DNA of 43,226 bases from Saprolegnia diclina VS20 (taxonomy: Eukaryota): the NCBI RefSeq assembly GCF_000281045.1, contig NW_008246097.1, positions 408,362 to 451,587 of the forward strand, given 5' to 3'. Below are positions 32,601 through 43,226 of this stretch, in pieces (the first letter of the stretch is position 1; every line of letters starts with the position of its first letter). Position numbers and translations under genes: made by a program. The notes under the pieces were generated by a model that did not search any database, was not told the origin of the DNA, and saw only the letters and a program-made list of their open reading frames with translations.

Positions 32601-33569
32601 GAGTACGTCATGTCCATCTGGAGCGCGCTCTGCGGCGACGTCAACGTCGGCTTTGACAACTCGGTGTGTCTCTCGGAGCGGTCGTCGGCCGACCGCAACT
32701 GCTGCCTCGGCTACATGATGCGCGAGGCCGAGTGCCTCCCGGACGACACGGACCTCATGGAGACCCTCGAGTTCTACTTTGAGCAGTGCTCGCTCACGGC
32801 CAACTGCGCCGCCTTCTCGGTGCTCGCGGCGTCGCTCGCGACCGGCGGCGTCTGCCCGCTCACGAACCACCGCATCTTCAAGGCCGAGACCGTCCGCAAC
32901 TGCCTCAGCCTCATGTTTTCGTGCGGCATGTACGACGCTAGTGGCACGTGGAGCTACCGCGTCGGCATCCCGGCCAAGTCGGGCGTCTCGGGCGTCCTCC
33001 TCCTCGTCATTCCCAACGTCATGGGCGTCGCGCTCTGGTCGCCGCGCCTTGACGAGATTGGCAACTCAGTGCGTGGCATCCAGTTTAGCGAAGAGCTCGT
33101 CCAGCGCTTCGCATTCCACAACTTTGACGCGTTCGTCGAGCACAGCAAGCTGCCGTCGCCCGTCTTCCGCGGTGGCGCAACGAGCTCGGGGGTCGCCCAC
33201 GACGCCAAGCAGCGCCGCAAGCTGCTCTACCCTTCGCTCTACGCCGCGTACGAAGGCAACGTCGAAGAGATCCGCCGCCTCAAGCTGCTCGGCGCCGACG
33301 TACGACTTCCGATCTGATGGATGGTTTTGGATAGCTTATGAACCAACGTGTAGGTCAACGCCGCCGACTACGACGGACGCACCGCGATGCACATTGCTGC
33401 GTCCATGGGCCACGTCGCCGTCCTCAAAGAGCTCGTGTACCAAGGCGGCAACGTGCACGCGGTCGACCGCTGGGGTGGCACGCCGCTCTCGGACGCCACG
33501 CGCTACGCCCCGTCCAACGCGGACGCCGTCGTCCACGTTTTGCAACAGGCCATGCGCGCGCACGCATAG
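29607..33569 (+). CDS. GLS: Tandem (double) glutaminase with ankyrin repeats: degenerate module 1, intact module 2 (~1,220 aa; may extend 5' into the gap)
   Basis: Phase-consistent introns at 30111-30165, 30286-30338, 30762-30804, 31074-31112 (in frame, probable), 32161-32216 and 33300-33353. Module 2 has [46 protein letters not shown] and GNSVRG. Ankyrin repeats [19 protein letters not shown] and [12 protein letters not shown] are present. Confidence 0.92.
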
Positions 33570-33754
33570 ACGTTGAGATATGGATCATAGACGTGGGTTG
33601 CATCCATCGAGAGGACACTTGGGCTGCACAAGGGCCTCGATACGCCTGTCTGCAGCACCGCCATGGCCGGCGTGTTCCATCGAGTCGTAGTTTAGTTGGT
33701 CACGCAACACGTGGATCACACGGGCAAAATATCGACTAGTAAAGCAAACGACGA

Positions 33755-36011
33755 CTACTGGCTCACGAGCTGGAAGAAGATGGCGAGGAAGAGCATAAAG
33801 ACGATGAGCGGGATGTACTCGACGAGCGACGAGCTCTGCGTCTTCTTGACCTTGGCGCCCGGGTACGTCTTCTTGGCGGGGAGCGCGCGGGCCTTGGCGG
33901 CTTGCGCCGACTTGGGCGCTTCGACCGTCGGTGTCGGCGTCACGGGGGTCGCCACCGTTGCCACCGGGAGCCCGCCCTTTTGCCGGGCGTCGTTTACGAG
34001 CTCGCGCACCTGCGCAACGACGTTGTCGTCCTTGGAGGCCTCGGCGGCCGCAAGACCATTGGCGAAATGGGCTTCGGCCGCGTCCTTGTTGCCTACGAGA
34101 TGCATGTCAGTCTCTCTTCCATCGTAACCAGCATGTCCAAGTACCTCGCTTGAGCGCGAGGATGCCCGTGGCGATCTCGGTGAGGCATTGAATGCGGCCG
34201 TTCTGGATGCTGCTGGCGTCGCACAGGGCCGAGCACTCGGCGAGCGTCTTCTCGGCTTGGTCAATCTCGCCGAGCTCGGCCTCGCAGTACGCCTTGTTGC
34301 AGAGCGTGTCGGCAATGTCGCTGGAGATCTTGGCCAGAATCTCGTCCTTCTGGTCGTTCTCGATGCGCGTTTCGACGTCGGCCTTGAACTGGCGCAAGGA
34401 CGCTTCGACCTTGAGGAGGTTCTCGCGCTGCTCCGAAACCTCTTCCGAGAGCGCCGTGAGCTTCTTAAACACTTCGGCAATGACGTGCTGGGGCGGAATC
34501 GGCTTCATCGCATGCGCGCGGTCCAGCATCTCGTGGAGCACCGTCTTGCAGTTGGCCTTGGTGTCAAACTCAATGTAAAAATCGGCTTGGAGCTGGAGCA
34601 GTTTGAGCACGAGAAACTTCTCTTCGTTCTCCATCGGCTCGTACGGCAGCGCACGCACTTCGTCCCAGAGCTCGTCGAGCGCCGATGCCTGCTTCGGGTC
34701 CTTCCCGCCGCTCTTGAAGGCGTTGACGCCATGGACGACGAGCACTTCGAGGCAGCTCAGGACGCCCTTGAACTCCTTCTGGGACACGAAGAACGCATGC
34801 GTCGACTGGACGAGGTTGATGTGCTTCATCGGGTCCGTGATCTTGAGTACGTGCATCTGAATGTACATGAGCGCGATCGCCGACTTGAGGTCCACGCGCG
34901 CGCACGCCTCCTGGAACGCCTATAGAGATGATGCAACATGAGACGAGATGGAGGAAGAGACGAGTCGTACCTCGGTGATGCTGGCGAGCGCGAGGTCCGG
35001 CTGCTGGTTCTCCGTGTGGAGGCGCGCGATCCACTCGTTGCACTGAAACACAATGTCCCACTGCTGCGCCATCGTCGCGATTTCCTTGGCCTTCTTGACG
35101 TACTTGAGGCCCTCTTCCGTCTGCTTGAGCATGCCGCACGACCGCGCCGCGTGCAAGAGCAGCTTGACCATGCGCTGCGGCGGCGCGCCGGCCTGGACGC
35201 CAATCATGATCGCGCCTTCGAGCGCCTTGACGCACATCTCGGCTTCCCCGAGCACCGTGTGGCACGCCGAGAGCGCTTCGAGGAACTCCATGCGCCGCTC
35301 CGGGTGGGGCATGTCCTGAAGCGCCTGCACAAAGTGAGGAATCGCTTCGCGGTGCTTGTCCTGCTTGAAGAGCGCCATGCCGATGCTGCCGTTGATCGCA
35401 CCGCACGCGTCGCGCCGACGGACCTTCTTCGCTTCTTCCAGTGCTTGCTTGAAGAATGTCACCGTGTCGTCAAGGTTCTCCGCCTGGAAGGCTTCGTTCG
35501 CCTTGCCCATGAGCTCCTTCATCTTGCCCTCAGCGGCCTGCGCGATGGCCAGCTGCTCCAAGTCACCTGCTACGCCTTCGTCCCCCGGCATGCCTTCGCT
35601 AGCCGCCTTCAAGTCGTTTTCAGCGTCTTGGACAAAACCCATCTGCATGAACGCGTGGCCACGAAAGTGCAAAGCCTTGTGCAAGGCCGGGTTGACCTTG
35701 AGGATCTCCGAGCAGAGCGGGACGACCTCGTGGTGCAGGTCTTGCTTGATGAGCGCGATCGCGAGGTTCATGCGGCACGACTCGATAAAGATGGCGGGCG
35801 CGTCCGTCGGCGCGTGCGCAAGGAGGTCCTTGTACGCAGTCGCGCCTTCCGCAAACTTGCCATTCTCCATGAGGGCGTGGGCCTGGAGCCGCATGGCCTC
35901 GGCCTTCGGCATGCCGGTCGGCGCCGCCGGCGCAGCGGGCGCCGCCACCACGGGCGCGGCCGACTCGTCGTCCGAGTCTTCGAGCTTGTCCCACTTGGAG
36001 TAGTCGGTCAT
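33755..36011 (-). CDS. TPR-repeat protein with N-terminal DYSKWD motif and C-terminal tail anchor (3 exons)
   Basis: MTDYSKWDKLEDSDDE start and TPR patterns (NLAIALIK..CSEILKVNP..KALHFRGHAF..AENDL). Introns at 34920-34970 and 34093-34144. Ends with hydrophobic YIPLIVFMLFLAIFFQLVSQ*. Confidence 0.82.
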
Positions 36012-36644
36012 CGTCCTGGCGAATTCGAAAATATCGACACGTGTGTGAATTCCTCGCAGTCAACTCTGAGAATATCGATAACTAGAGGTATCATTTCTCA
36101 GAGGTTTGGCTAGACGCACGCAATATTAGCGCGCGTACGTGGCACGTCCTGCGAGGCGTGCCAAGTGCTCAGTCGAAATGCATGCGTCTCCCACTGCTGC
36201 GCCCACATCGACCCCCCGCGACATATAGTAGAGTACCTTTGCTGCAGCGACGAGGCCAGGACGCTGCAAAGCGCCCTACAGCAAAAAGCACCAGCGACAG
36301 CAACCCGTGGGCTTGCTGGCGCTGCGAGCTGCAGCAGTCGGACGCGCGATGTGCGACCAAAAAGAGCGCTGCACGTCTTCCGTGAATATGAAGCGATAAA
36401 GAATGGCTCATGATGCAACACCTACGAGGATACGCTGGCGGAAGGCGTCCGGCATCCTTGCGATGACCAAGCTGCGCAGCCATCAACGAGACGGCCAACG
36501 GTCGCAGCGTGTGGTCACAAGCAGCGCGATCACATGAGCACCATTGCACGATCACTTCGTACCAGATGATGCATCCTCGTCCCGAAAGCGCGCCAGAATG
36601 GACAGTTGGCGACGTCGTCGGCATGATGATAACCAGGTAGCAAG

Positions 36645-36671
36645 ATGCCAGTATGCCAGTATGCCAGTATG
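36645..36671. repeat. Short tandem repeat (ATGCCAGT) x3.4
   Basis: atgccagt atgccagt atgccagt atg read directly. Confidence 0.85.
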
Positions 36672-36800
36672 GTTGTGGTAGCCTTGTTGACCTGCTCGAG
36701 ACACCGCTACCGTCATGCTGCACGCCAAATCGACGTTGCCCCGCATCGCGAGTAGCCAGCATGCAATTCATGATAGATTAGGATACAATCACCACAGGAC

Positions 36801-37560
36801 TTAGAGCTCGACGTCCTTGGCCTCAGCGAGCATCGCTTCGTTGTCCTGACCATCGTCGTCCGTGTCTTCATCCTCTTCGTCTTCCTCGTCGTCCTCGTCG
36901 TCGTCACTGCTCTCGCTCGAGTCGTGGGCCTCCGCATGGTTGTCTACGCAGCAGTGTGACGACACGAGAATGGGGAAGCGCTGAAACGACCGACAACGAG
37001 CTTGAGCTGCAGCGCGGTCTGGAGGTTCTTGATCAACTGGTTCGCCGGCTCATGCGCCAAGACTAGAGACATTCCTGTCACGTCGCCATCGGAGTTGGCC
37101 GCGTACTCTGCTGCGCGAGTGCGAGCGCCTCTTCCGTCTCCTCGTCCTCGAGGTGCCCAAGAAACTAATGCACATCCTCATCCGCCAGCATATCCAGCCA
37201 TGACGTACCGTCGTAATCATCTCGATCGGCGCCTTCCCGTCGGCCCAAGCGCCATCGATCTCGTCCGAGAGCACCTTCTCGACGACATGGGGCTCCCGCA
37301 AGTCTACGCACCATGCTTACCCTCTCATCGCGATGGCCGTCTACCTGCGGGGTCCTCGCTCTTGCTGCTCGCAAGCGCCGCCTTGATGCTGTCCATCGCC
37401 AAGGGTCGCGGAAAGATCGGATGTGTCGAAACAAGTACGATGCTCGGTCAGGTGCGGTTTCGCGCTGGCTATCATGAGCCTGGGGACAGCCTTCTTGGCT
37501 GGTGCCGTTCATGGCCGCCTCGTACTCTTGCCTTGGCTGCTCATGCTATACCACGAGCCT
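36801..37560 (-). pseudogene. Fragmented or multi-exon minus-strand coding remnant ending in an acidic tail; gene or pseudogene of unknown family
   Basis: Terminal exon DNHAEAHDSSESSDDDEDDEEDEEDEDTDDDGQDNEAMLAEAKDVEL* with stop at 36801. Upstream coding-like pieces include PANQLIKNLQTALQLKL and HVVEKVLSDEIDGAWADGKAPIEMIT. A full model was not reconstructed. Confidence 0.35.
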
Positions 37561-38693
37561 CCAGCAGCTTCATTTCCCATCGGCTGCAAAGCTTGGAGGA
37601 GGATGCGTCCTCGACACCCATGTGCTCAGCAGTTGCGAGGTATGACGTGGCACGCTACGGTGCGTTCACCTGGGCGGTAGCATGCGCTGATGGTTGGTTC
37701 ACCAAGTCATTGGAGCTAATTACGACCAATATGACATGGTCGACAAGCGCCCGCGACCGCGAATGCGACTGCATGTGATGCTCAAGGTCGAAGACGCGTC
37801 GACGGACGGTCCTGCATGCGTGGACTTGATTGGACAGATGCCTGCGTGACGCCGGCGCGCTGTTCTTGCGAGTCGACGCTCCAGCGCGCAGTCATCAATG
37901 GAGAAGGAACCACAAGCGCAGCGCACCGCAAATGCCTGCAGCTACTCAAGCAGTCGACCCGCGAGTCGGCTATGGCACTTGCCGCGACTTGCAGCTCGCA
38001 GAGCGTTCCCGCCGCATCGCGCATATGCTCTCTAAAGTGCGTTACCCGTTGCCGAATTATGTCCGGCAAGGCTAATCACACGCCATATTCATGTCCATCG
38101 GGTTGCGCTCAAAGGTCCCGGACTGCCAACGAGGGACCTGGCAATGCTACATTGGGCTACCCATTTGTGAGAGGCGTAGTACCTTGGGTAGCCAGCTCAT
38201 CGAGCGTACCACCGACGATGCTGCAATCTTGGAGCACCACAGTTTCTTGCATTGATGGTGCTCGGGCAGGGCATATAGTAGCTAGTATGTACACCTGGCT
38301 CGGAGGAGCTCGACGATCCCGCCTAGCGTGGATGATGACAGTGGTCATAGCAGAAACACGAAGAAGGACTCAGCACTTCGATGCATAGTAAGCTTAAGCA
38401 GATGCGCCCCACAGGCGGCATCTTTCTCGGGTCTCCCACTGCATTCTCAGAGCGATTTCTCGCAGTAGCCAGACGTAGAAGAGAGCGGTAGAGAAGATGC
38501 TCGCTGCTCTCCAGCTTGGCTTGGACCCAGCCATAGAGTGCCTGCCGTCGTCCTGTGCCTGCCCCTTCAGCTGCGCGCAAGTTGCGTCCGATTAGTGTCC
38601 TGCCTGCACGGTACTTTGCATATCATTTGCCGGCGCACTTAACGCGTGTCGTCCCGTTGGCGTAATAAACACGAGGGTCAACAATTTTGCAGG

Positions 38694-41600
38694 ATGGCGT
38701 CGCGATGGGATGGGGCTGGCGTGCCCGACGTGCTCATCGCCCACGCCGCCGTCGTCTGCGCGGCCGTGGCCAGCGGCGACGCCGACCGCTTCCTCCATGA
38801 AGACCCGACCGTGCTGCCCTACTCGGTCTACTTCAACCTGCCACCGCTCTACGCGAGCGACGAGTTTGTGCTCGTCGAAACGCCCGACTGCGTCGTCTGC
38901 TGCGTGAAGGCGCCTATGGTCGCGCAGCAGCTCATCGAGGTCACCGAGCGGCAGACGACCTTTCAATATGCTGGCCGCGTCCACGCCTCGTTCCATAAGC
39001 GCGCCGTGTACATTCGCTCGGTGTTGGAAGAGCTCACCGAAGCGACCAAGCCGCTCGTCTTTACGGGTCACTCGACGGCCGGTAGCATTGCGCAGCTCTG
39101 CCTCCTCGAGACGCTCTTTCGCCACTGCTGCTCGGACGAACTGCAGTTTGCGATCGAAACCATTGACGCCGACCACCGCCAGAAGAACCCGACCACCTTG
39201 TCGTCGCTTGACGAGCTCAACGAGTCGCTGCAGCTCGACCTCGAGATGCTCTTGCCGCAGCCGTCGGTCGCCGCCGAGATGGCGCGGCGCTTCTTTGCTA
39301 TCGGCTTTGGGGCACCGTGTGCGGCAAGCGCCAACTGCCGGGAGCTCTTTACCTCGCTGGCGCTGCCGCTGCAACTGATCACGCTCGTCAACGAGTACGA
39401 CTGCATCCCGTCGATCTACAACGTCGCGCAGGCGTCGTCGCTGGCCGCCAAAACCACGACCAAGTTCATTGCGATCTCCAAAGCGACCGCGTCGCTCCTC
39501 GGGCTCTTCCCGACCGTCGAGCGCCTCGACATGGAGGGCAGCGGCCTCAACCTCGCGCCGAGCGTCTACATCAAGATGACGTGGTGCATCCTCGCGACGA
39601 CGGCGTATGTCAACATGACGTGGTCAGTGCTGCACAAGGTCTTCCGGCAGTTCCAAGACCACGTGCTCGGCCCTATGTGGCGGGACGTCCAGTACGTCCC
39701 CTTTGGCCGCTACGCATTCTTGTCCAAAGATTCGTTCGAGCTTGTCGTGCAAGACGATGCGGATGCGATCCTCGGGACGCTCCAGGCGACGCTCGAGGTG
39801 CTCTCGGCGCACGCGCTCTGGCAGCACGTCATGCCCGCGTACCTCGCCCAAGTGCTCAAGCGCGTCGACGACCGCCACCCGGACATGGACCACTACGAGC
39901 GGCTGCAGGTCCCTCGGGACGCCTCGTCCGCCGCGATCGTGGCAGCCTACCGGTCGCTCGCGCTGCGCTGGCACCCGGACCGGTGGTCGCGGTCGTGCGA
40001 CTCGGCCGAGCTGGCGTTTGCCGAAGACATGTTCAAGCTACTGGCCGAGGCCTACGAAGTGCTCTCGGACCCGACGACCCGCGCCGAGTACGATGCAAGC
40101 CTCGCGCACGCCAAGTGCGCGAACGCCAAACTCTTTCCGATCTCATTGGACGACGCGCTGCTCCTCTTTCAGCGCGAAGCCGACAAGTGGCAGTGGGTTG
40201 TGCGTCCGATGGCGCGGTCGGCGAGCAATGCGCTGGGCGTCGCGCGTGCCAAGCTCACGCCGCACCGCTTCGAGACGGGCAACCACGACAACGTCTTCCT
40301 CGGGCACAAGATGCGCGTCTTGCGGGAGGATGCCACCATCACGTACGTTGGCCGAGACGACGTGCTCCCAAGTGACCGACCGGTGCCGTCCAAGCTCTCG
40401 GGTCTCACGGCCGCGTCGGTGGTCGGTGGCGCCGTCGCACTCGGCGCGGGCGTTGCACTTGTCATGAACGCGTGGTCCCAGTACAGCGACAGCATGAAGC
40501 GCCAGCGACAAGCCCACACGGTCCACCAGATGCCACCGCTGTACCTTGAGCGACTGTTGACCGACGATGTCGACGACGACGACAGCCTCCAAGTCCTCGA
40601 AGAGTTTTACGACTGTCTCGACGAGCTCGAGCTCGCTCGCTTGCAGCAGTCGGCCGAGGACACCTTCTTCGACTGCCTCGAGAGCACGCTGACGATCTGT
40701 GACGACACGGAGCACCGTGTCGTCTTCCCCAACGGCGCGTCGGTGCGGACGCCATTTGGATCGGGCGTCGTCGTCGACGCGTCGCTCGACGGTATCTACG
40801 AAGTCGAGATCCACGGGCTCGGCACGGCGTACGTGCAGCACAGCGACGTGCGGCGCGGCGGCGAGGCTGAAGTCCACGGAAAAGAGGCCCTCCTCGAGAC
40901 CAAGCGCAAGGACCTCGTCGCGCTCGTGGTGAGTCGGTACGCATTGCAGTCACCGGCCCCCGCCTCGATGCTGGCGGTGGGCACCGACGCCGCGCTTGAC
41001 AGCGGGGTCAAGGCCGCGGGCGGCGTCGCCCTCGTCAAAAGCATGGAGCGTCTGGCGCCGCGCGTCTCGTCGTCGGCGGCCCCGCTCGCGATAGCTGCGA
41101 TCCTCGTCGACATTGGGCGCGAGTACATCGAGTACCGCGCCAACCGCAAAAAGCACGGCAAGTGGTCAACTGCGACGTCCGAGCGGCTCCTCATGCAACG
41201 CTTCCGCCTCAAGGCCGGATATCACGTGGCGGGCGGCACGGGCGCCGCCGCCGGAGCGACCCTCGGCGCGTACGGGCTCACGTCGAGCGTCGGGTACTGG
41301 ACCGGCTCGGCGTTTCTCGGTCCTGTGGGGCTTGCTGCCGCCACCGGCGCCGCTGTCGTCGGTGGTATGCTCGGCTACTTTGTCGGCGCGTCGGCGTACA
41401 GTGGCACGACCAAAGGGTACTTTTCGTCGTTGGCGCGCGCGACCGATGAGATTGAGCGGCTCGAATTTGGCGCCAAAGTGCTCTTTACTGAGTTTGACCA
41501 GTCGGGCTCGGGCGCCGTGCCCATCGCTGACGGCGTCGCGCTCGTGCAAAAGCTGTGTCGCGCCGCGGGCCTCTCGCCGCCCGACGGCATGCCAACGTCC

Positions 41601-42290
41601 AACGAGACGCTCTCGTGGACGACGTTCTGGGAGTGGGTGAGCCTCGAAGCGGTGCGCAAGCTCGAAGCCCTCGAAGCCGAACAAGACGTCGAGTACAGTG
41701 GCGGGTGGTGGCCCCGGTACCTTGGCTCGTTTGTCTACGCTTCGCCGCCGGTGACCAAGCAGCTCCGGTCGCAGTCGGCGCCGGCGTCGCTGCTCAGCGC
41801 CGTTGTGGCAACGCCGCCCACATCGCTCGACCGGCCACGACGGCCGACAGTGACGAGCCGCAAGAGCCTGCACGTCGAAGCGGCCCAGCTCGAGTGCCTC
41901 GTCGACCACGACTGGCTCACCAAGGAGGACGCGTACCACCTCAAGACGCTCATGCTCTCGGACGACGAAGGGTTGCAAAAGTGCGCGCTGGAGACGATCC
42001 ACACGATGCAGGAGGCGTGGGAGGTCGAGAGCGAGGGCGGCTGCCTCATCACGTCGGCCTTCTCGCCCGTCGACGCGCCCGAAGTCGACGACGCGCACCA
42101 AGTGGAAGTGAATGGCGCGCCGCGCTACGACGAGCGCGAGTGCTTGGACGTCATGTGCTCACTTCTCTCGGCGGACGGCGTGCGAAGGCTCTTGCTCGAG
42201 CACGGCGTCGACGTCCCGGACACTGCGTCGTTCACCCACCGCGACCTGCACGGCCTCGCGCTCACATATTTGGCCGACGAGCCGCTGTAG
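38694..42290 (+). CDS. Multidomain protein: class-3 lipase + DnaJ J-domain + TM + twin FFAT-like motifs + SH3/KOW-like segment + Gly-rich hydrophobic helices + EF-hand-like (single exon, ~1,198 aa)
   Basis: Lipase motifs [30 protein letters not shown] and HVMPAY. J-domain [49 protein letters not shown]-like EEFYDCLDE and DTFFDCLES. Also [37 protein letters not shown] and EF-hand-like [13 protein letters not shown]. Confidence 0.88.
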   Translation: MASRWDGAGVPDVLIAHAAVVCAAVASGDADRFLHEDPTVLPYSVYFNLPPLYASDEFVLVETPDCVVCCVKAPMVAQQLIEVTERQTTFQYAGRVHASFHKRAVYIRSVLEELTEATKPLVFTGHSTAGSIAQLCLLETLFRHCCSDELQFAIETIDADHRQKNPTTLSSLDELNESLQLDLEMLLPQPSVAAEMARRFFAIGFGAPCAASANCRELFTSLALPLQLITLVNEYDCIPSIYNVAQASSLAAKTTTKFIAISKATASLLGLFPTVERLDMEGSGLNLAPSVYIKMTWCILATTAYVNMTWSVLHKVFRQFQDHVLGPMWRDVQYVPFGRYAFLSKDSFELVVQDDADAILGTLQATLEVLSAHALWQHVMPAYLAQVLKRVDDRHPDMDHYERLQVPRDASSAAIVAAYRSLALRWHPDRWSRSCDSAELAFAEDMFKLLAEAYEVLSDPTTRAEYDASLAHAKCANAKLFPISLDDALLLFQREADKWQWVVRPMARSASNALGVARAKLTPHRFETGNHDNVFLGHKMRVLREDATITYVGRDDVLPSDRPVPSKLSGLTAASVVGGAVALGAGVALVMNAWSQYSDSMKRQRQAHTVHQMPPLYLERLLTDDVDDDDSLQVLEEFYDCLDELELARLQQSAEDTFFDCLESTLTICDDTEHRVVFPNGASVRTPFGSGVVVDASLDGIYEVEIHGLGTAYVQHSDVRRGGEAEVHGKEALLETKRKDLVALVVSRYALQSPAPASMLAVGTDAALDSGVKAAGGVALVKSMERLAPRVSSSAAPLAIAAILVDIGREYIEYRANRKKHGKWSTATSERLLMQRFRLKAGYHVAGGTGAAAGATLGAYGLTSSVGYWTGSAFLGPVGLAAATGAAVVGGMLGYFVGASAYSGTTKGYFSSLARATDEIERLEFGAKVLFTEFDQSGSGAVPIADGVALVQKLCRAAGLSPPDGMPTSNETLSWTTFWEWVSLEAVRKLEALEAEQDVEYSGGWWPRYLGSFVYASPPVTKQLRSQSAPASLLSAVVATPPTSLDRPRRPTVTSRKSLHVEAAQLECLVDHDWLTKEDAYHLKTLMLSDDEGLQKCALETIHTMQEAWEVESEGGCLITSAFSPVDAPEVDDAHQVEVNGAPRYDERECLDVMCSLLSADGVRRLLLEHGVDVPDTASFTHRDLHGLALTYLADEPL

Positions 42291-42640
42291 AGTTTACTAT
42301 CGTAATTTGCAACTTGTTGTGTCATATGAGGCATCAACTACCACAGGTTTTGGCGGTCGCTTTCCTCGGCGAGGGGTGAGGGGGTGAGAGACGTGGACGA
42401 TGCTGGGACCAGTGTCCTGACGAGGCACCCCAGAGTGGAGATGCTCAAAGAATATGGCAAAGCCTGTTGTCTGCCTCACTCTCAACGGACCAACTTCTCT
42501 AGGACGTGACTCATACGGCTGCACACACAAGGGAGGACGCACGGGTCTCATCGCCCAGCGTCGACAAGGCGATTCCTGCCGACCTAAAACGTGGTGGCGT
42601 GCGACCAGGTCAAGGCCGGTACCCGTCGAGGTGCAACTCA

Positions 42641-42714
42641 GACTCAACGCAAACTCAACGCAGACTCGACGCAAACTCAACGCAGACTCGACGCAAACTC
42701 AACGCAGACTCAAC
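42641..42714. repeat. Minisatellite: 11-bp unit RACTCRACGCA x~6.7 with 22-bp higher-order alternation
   Basis: gactcaacgca aactcaacgca gactcgacgca aactcaacgca gactcgacgca aactcaacgca gactcaac. Confidence 0.92.
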
Positions 42715-43226
42715 ATCACGGCGCCATCACTATCGCGTGCAATCTCAACTACCTCATGGAGGGTCGCGCGTGGTACTTGACTGCCAACGCTGCCTCAAAC
42801 ATTGCTCGACGTGCGCACGCGGACAGTTGTAATAGTCTAACTTTTCAATATACTAGCATATCATTTTGCCGAGCTTAAAAACAACAGCGCGACCAACACG
42901 AGCCTCCCTCTCCATGTCTTGAAATGCCTTGGCCCATCTGCTGCCCCACGAACGACGAGAATAGGGTGTGGGAGAAGTCCAACGGCGCAGTCCGACGACT
43001 CGCAGCTCGTTCTGAACAAGGTACTGGGGCGAACGTCCTCGTCGCCCTCGTACTAGTAGAAATGCGCAAGTGCCTCTGAAATGAGGTTAAATGCGTTTAA
43101 CCTACCGGACTACCAAACGCGAGTTTCTCCTGCTGTCGGCATCCAACGGCAACGCGACATGGCGTTTTAAGCTCCCCAAAGTCGTCTCTATATGCCTGCA
43201 ACGTATGAGCGATTTCATTTCGAATG

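Noticed and set aside
42641..42714. Possible CRISPR array
   Set aside because: Contiguous 11-bp units with no unique spacers, no cas genes and a eukaryotic context.

Overview
Gene-dense eukaryotic DNA with high GC3 and very short (about 39-56 nt) GT-AG introns. The gene content and core-promoter motifs suggest an oomycete, probably Saprolegniales (inference). Recognisable housekeeping genes are TRAPPC8/Trs85, a STIL/SAS-5/Ana2-like centriole gene, ORMDL, Rab5, mago nashi, a Naa50-like GNAT and a tail-anchored TPR protein. There is a 424-nt assembly gap at 29008-29431. The more unusual content is as follows. (1) Two head-to-head TM-RanBP2-ZnF-HECT E3 ligase paralogues have diverged 5' halves but share a near-identical ~986-bp inverted tract. 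(2) A second inverted duplication encodes two small secreted repeat-peptide precursors that flank the GNAT gene and sit next to a 2OG-Fe(II) Asp/Asn beta-hydroxylase-sulfotransferase fusion; this is a speculative peptide-modification cluster. (3) A ~1,220-aa tandem glutaminase carries a catalytically dead first module and an intact second module. (4) A ~1,200-aa protein combines class-3 lipase, J-domain, TM, twin FFAT-like, glycine-rich and EF-hand-like segments. All calls come from reading motifs and splice phases by eye; no database searches were run.
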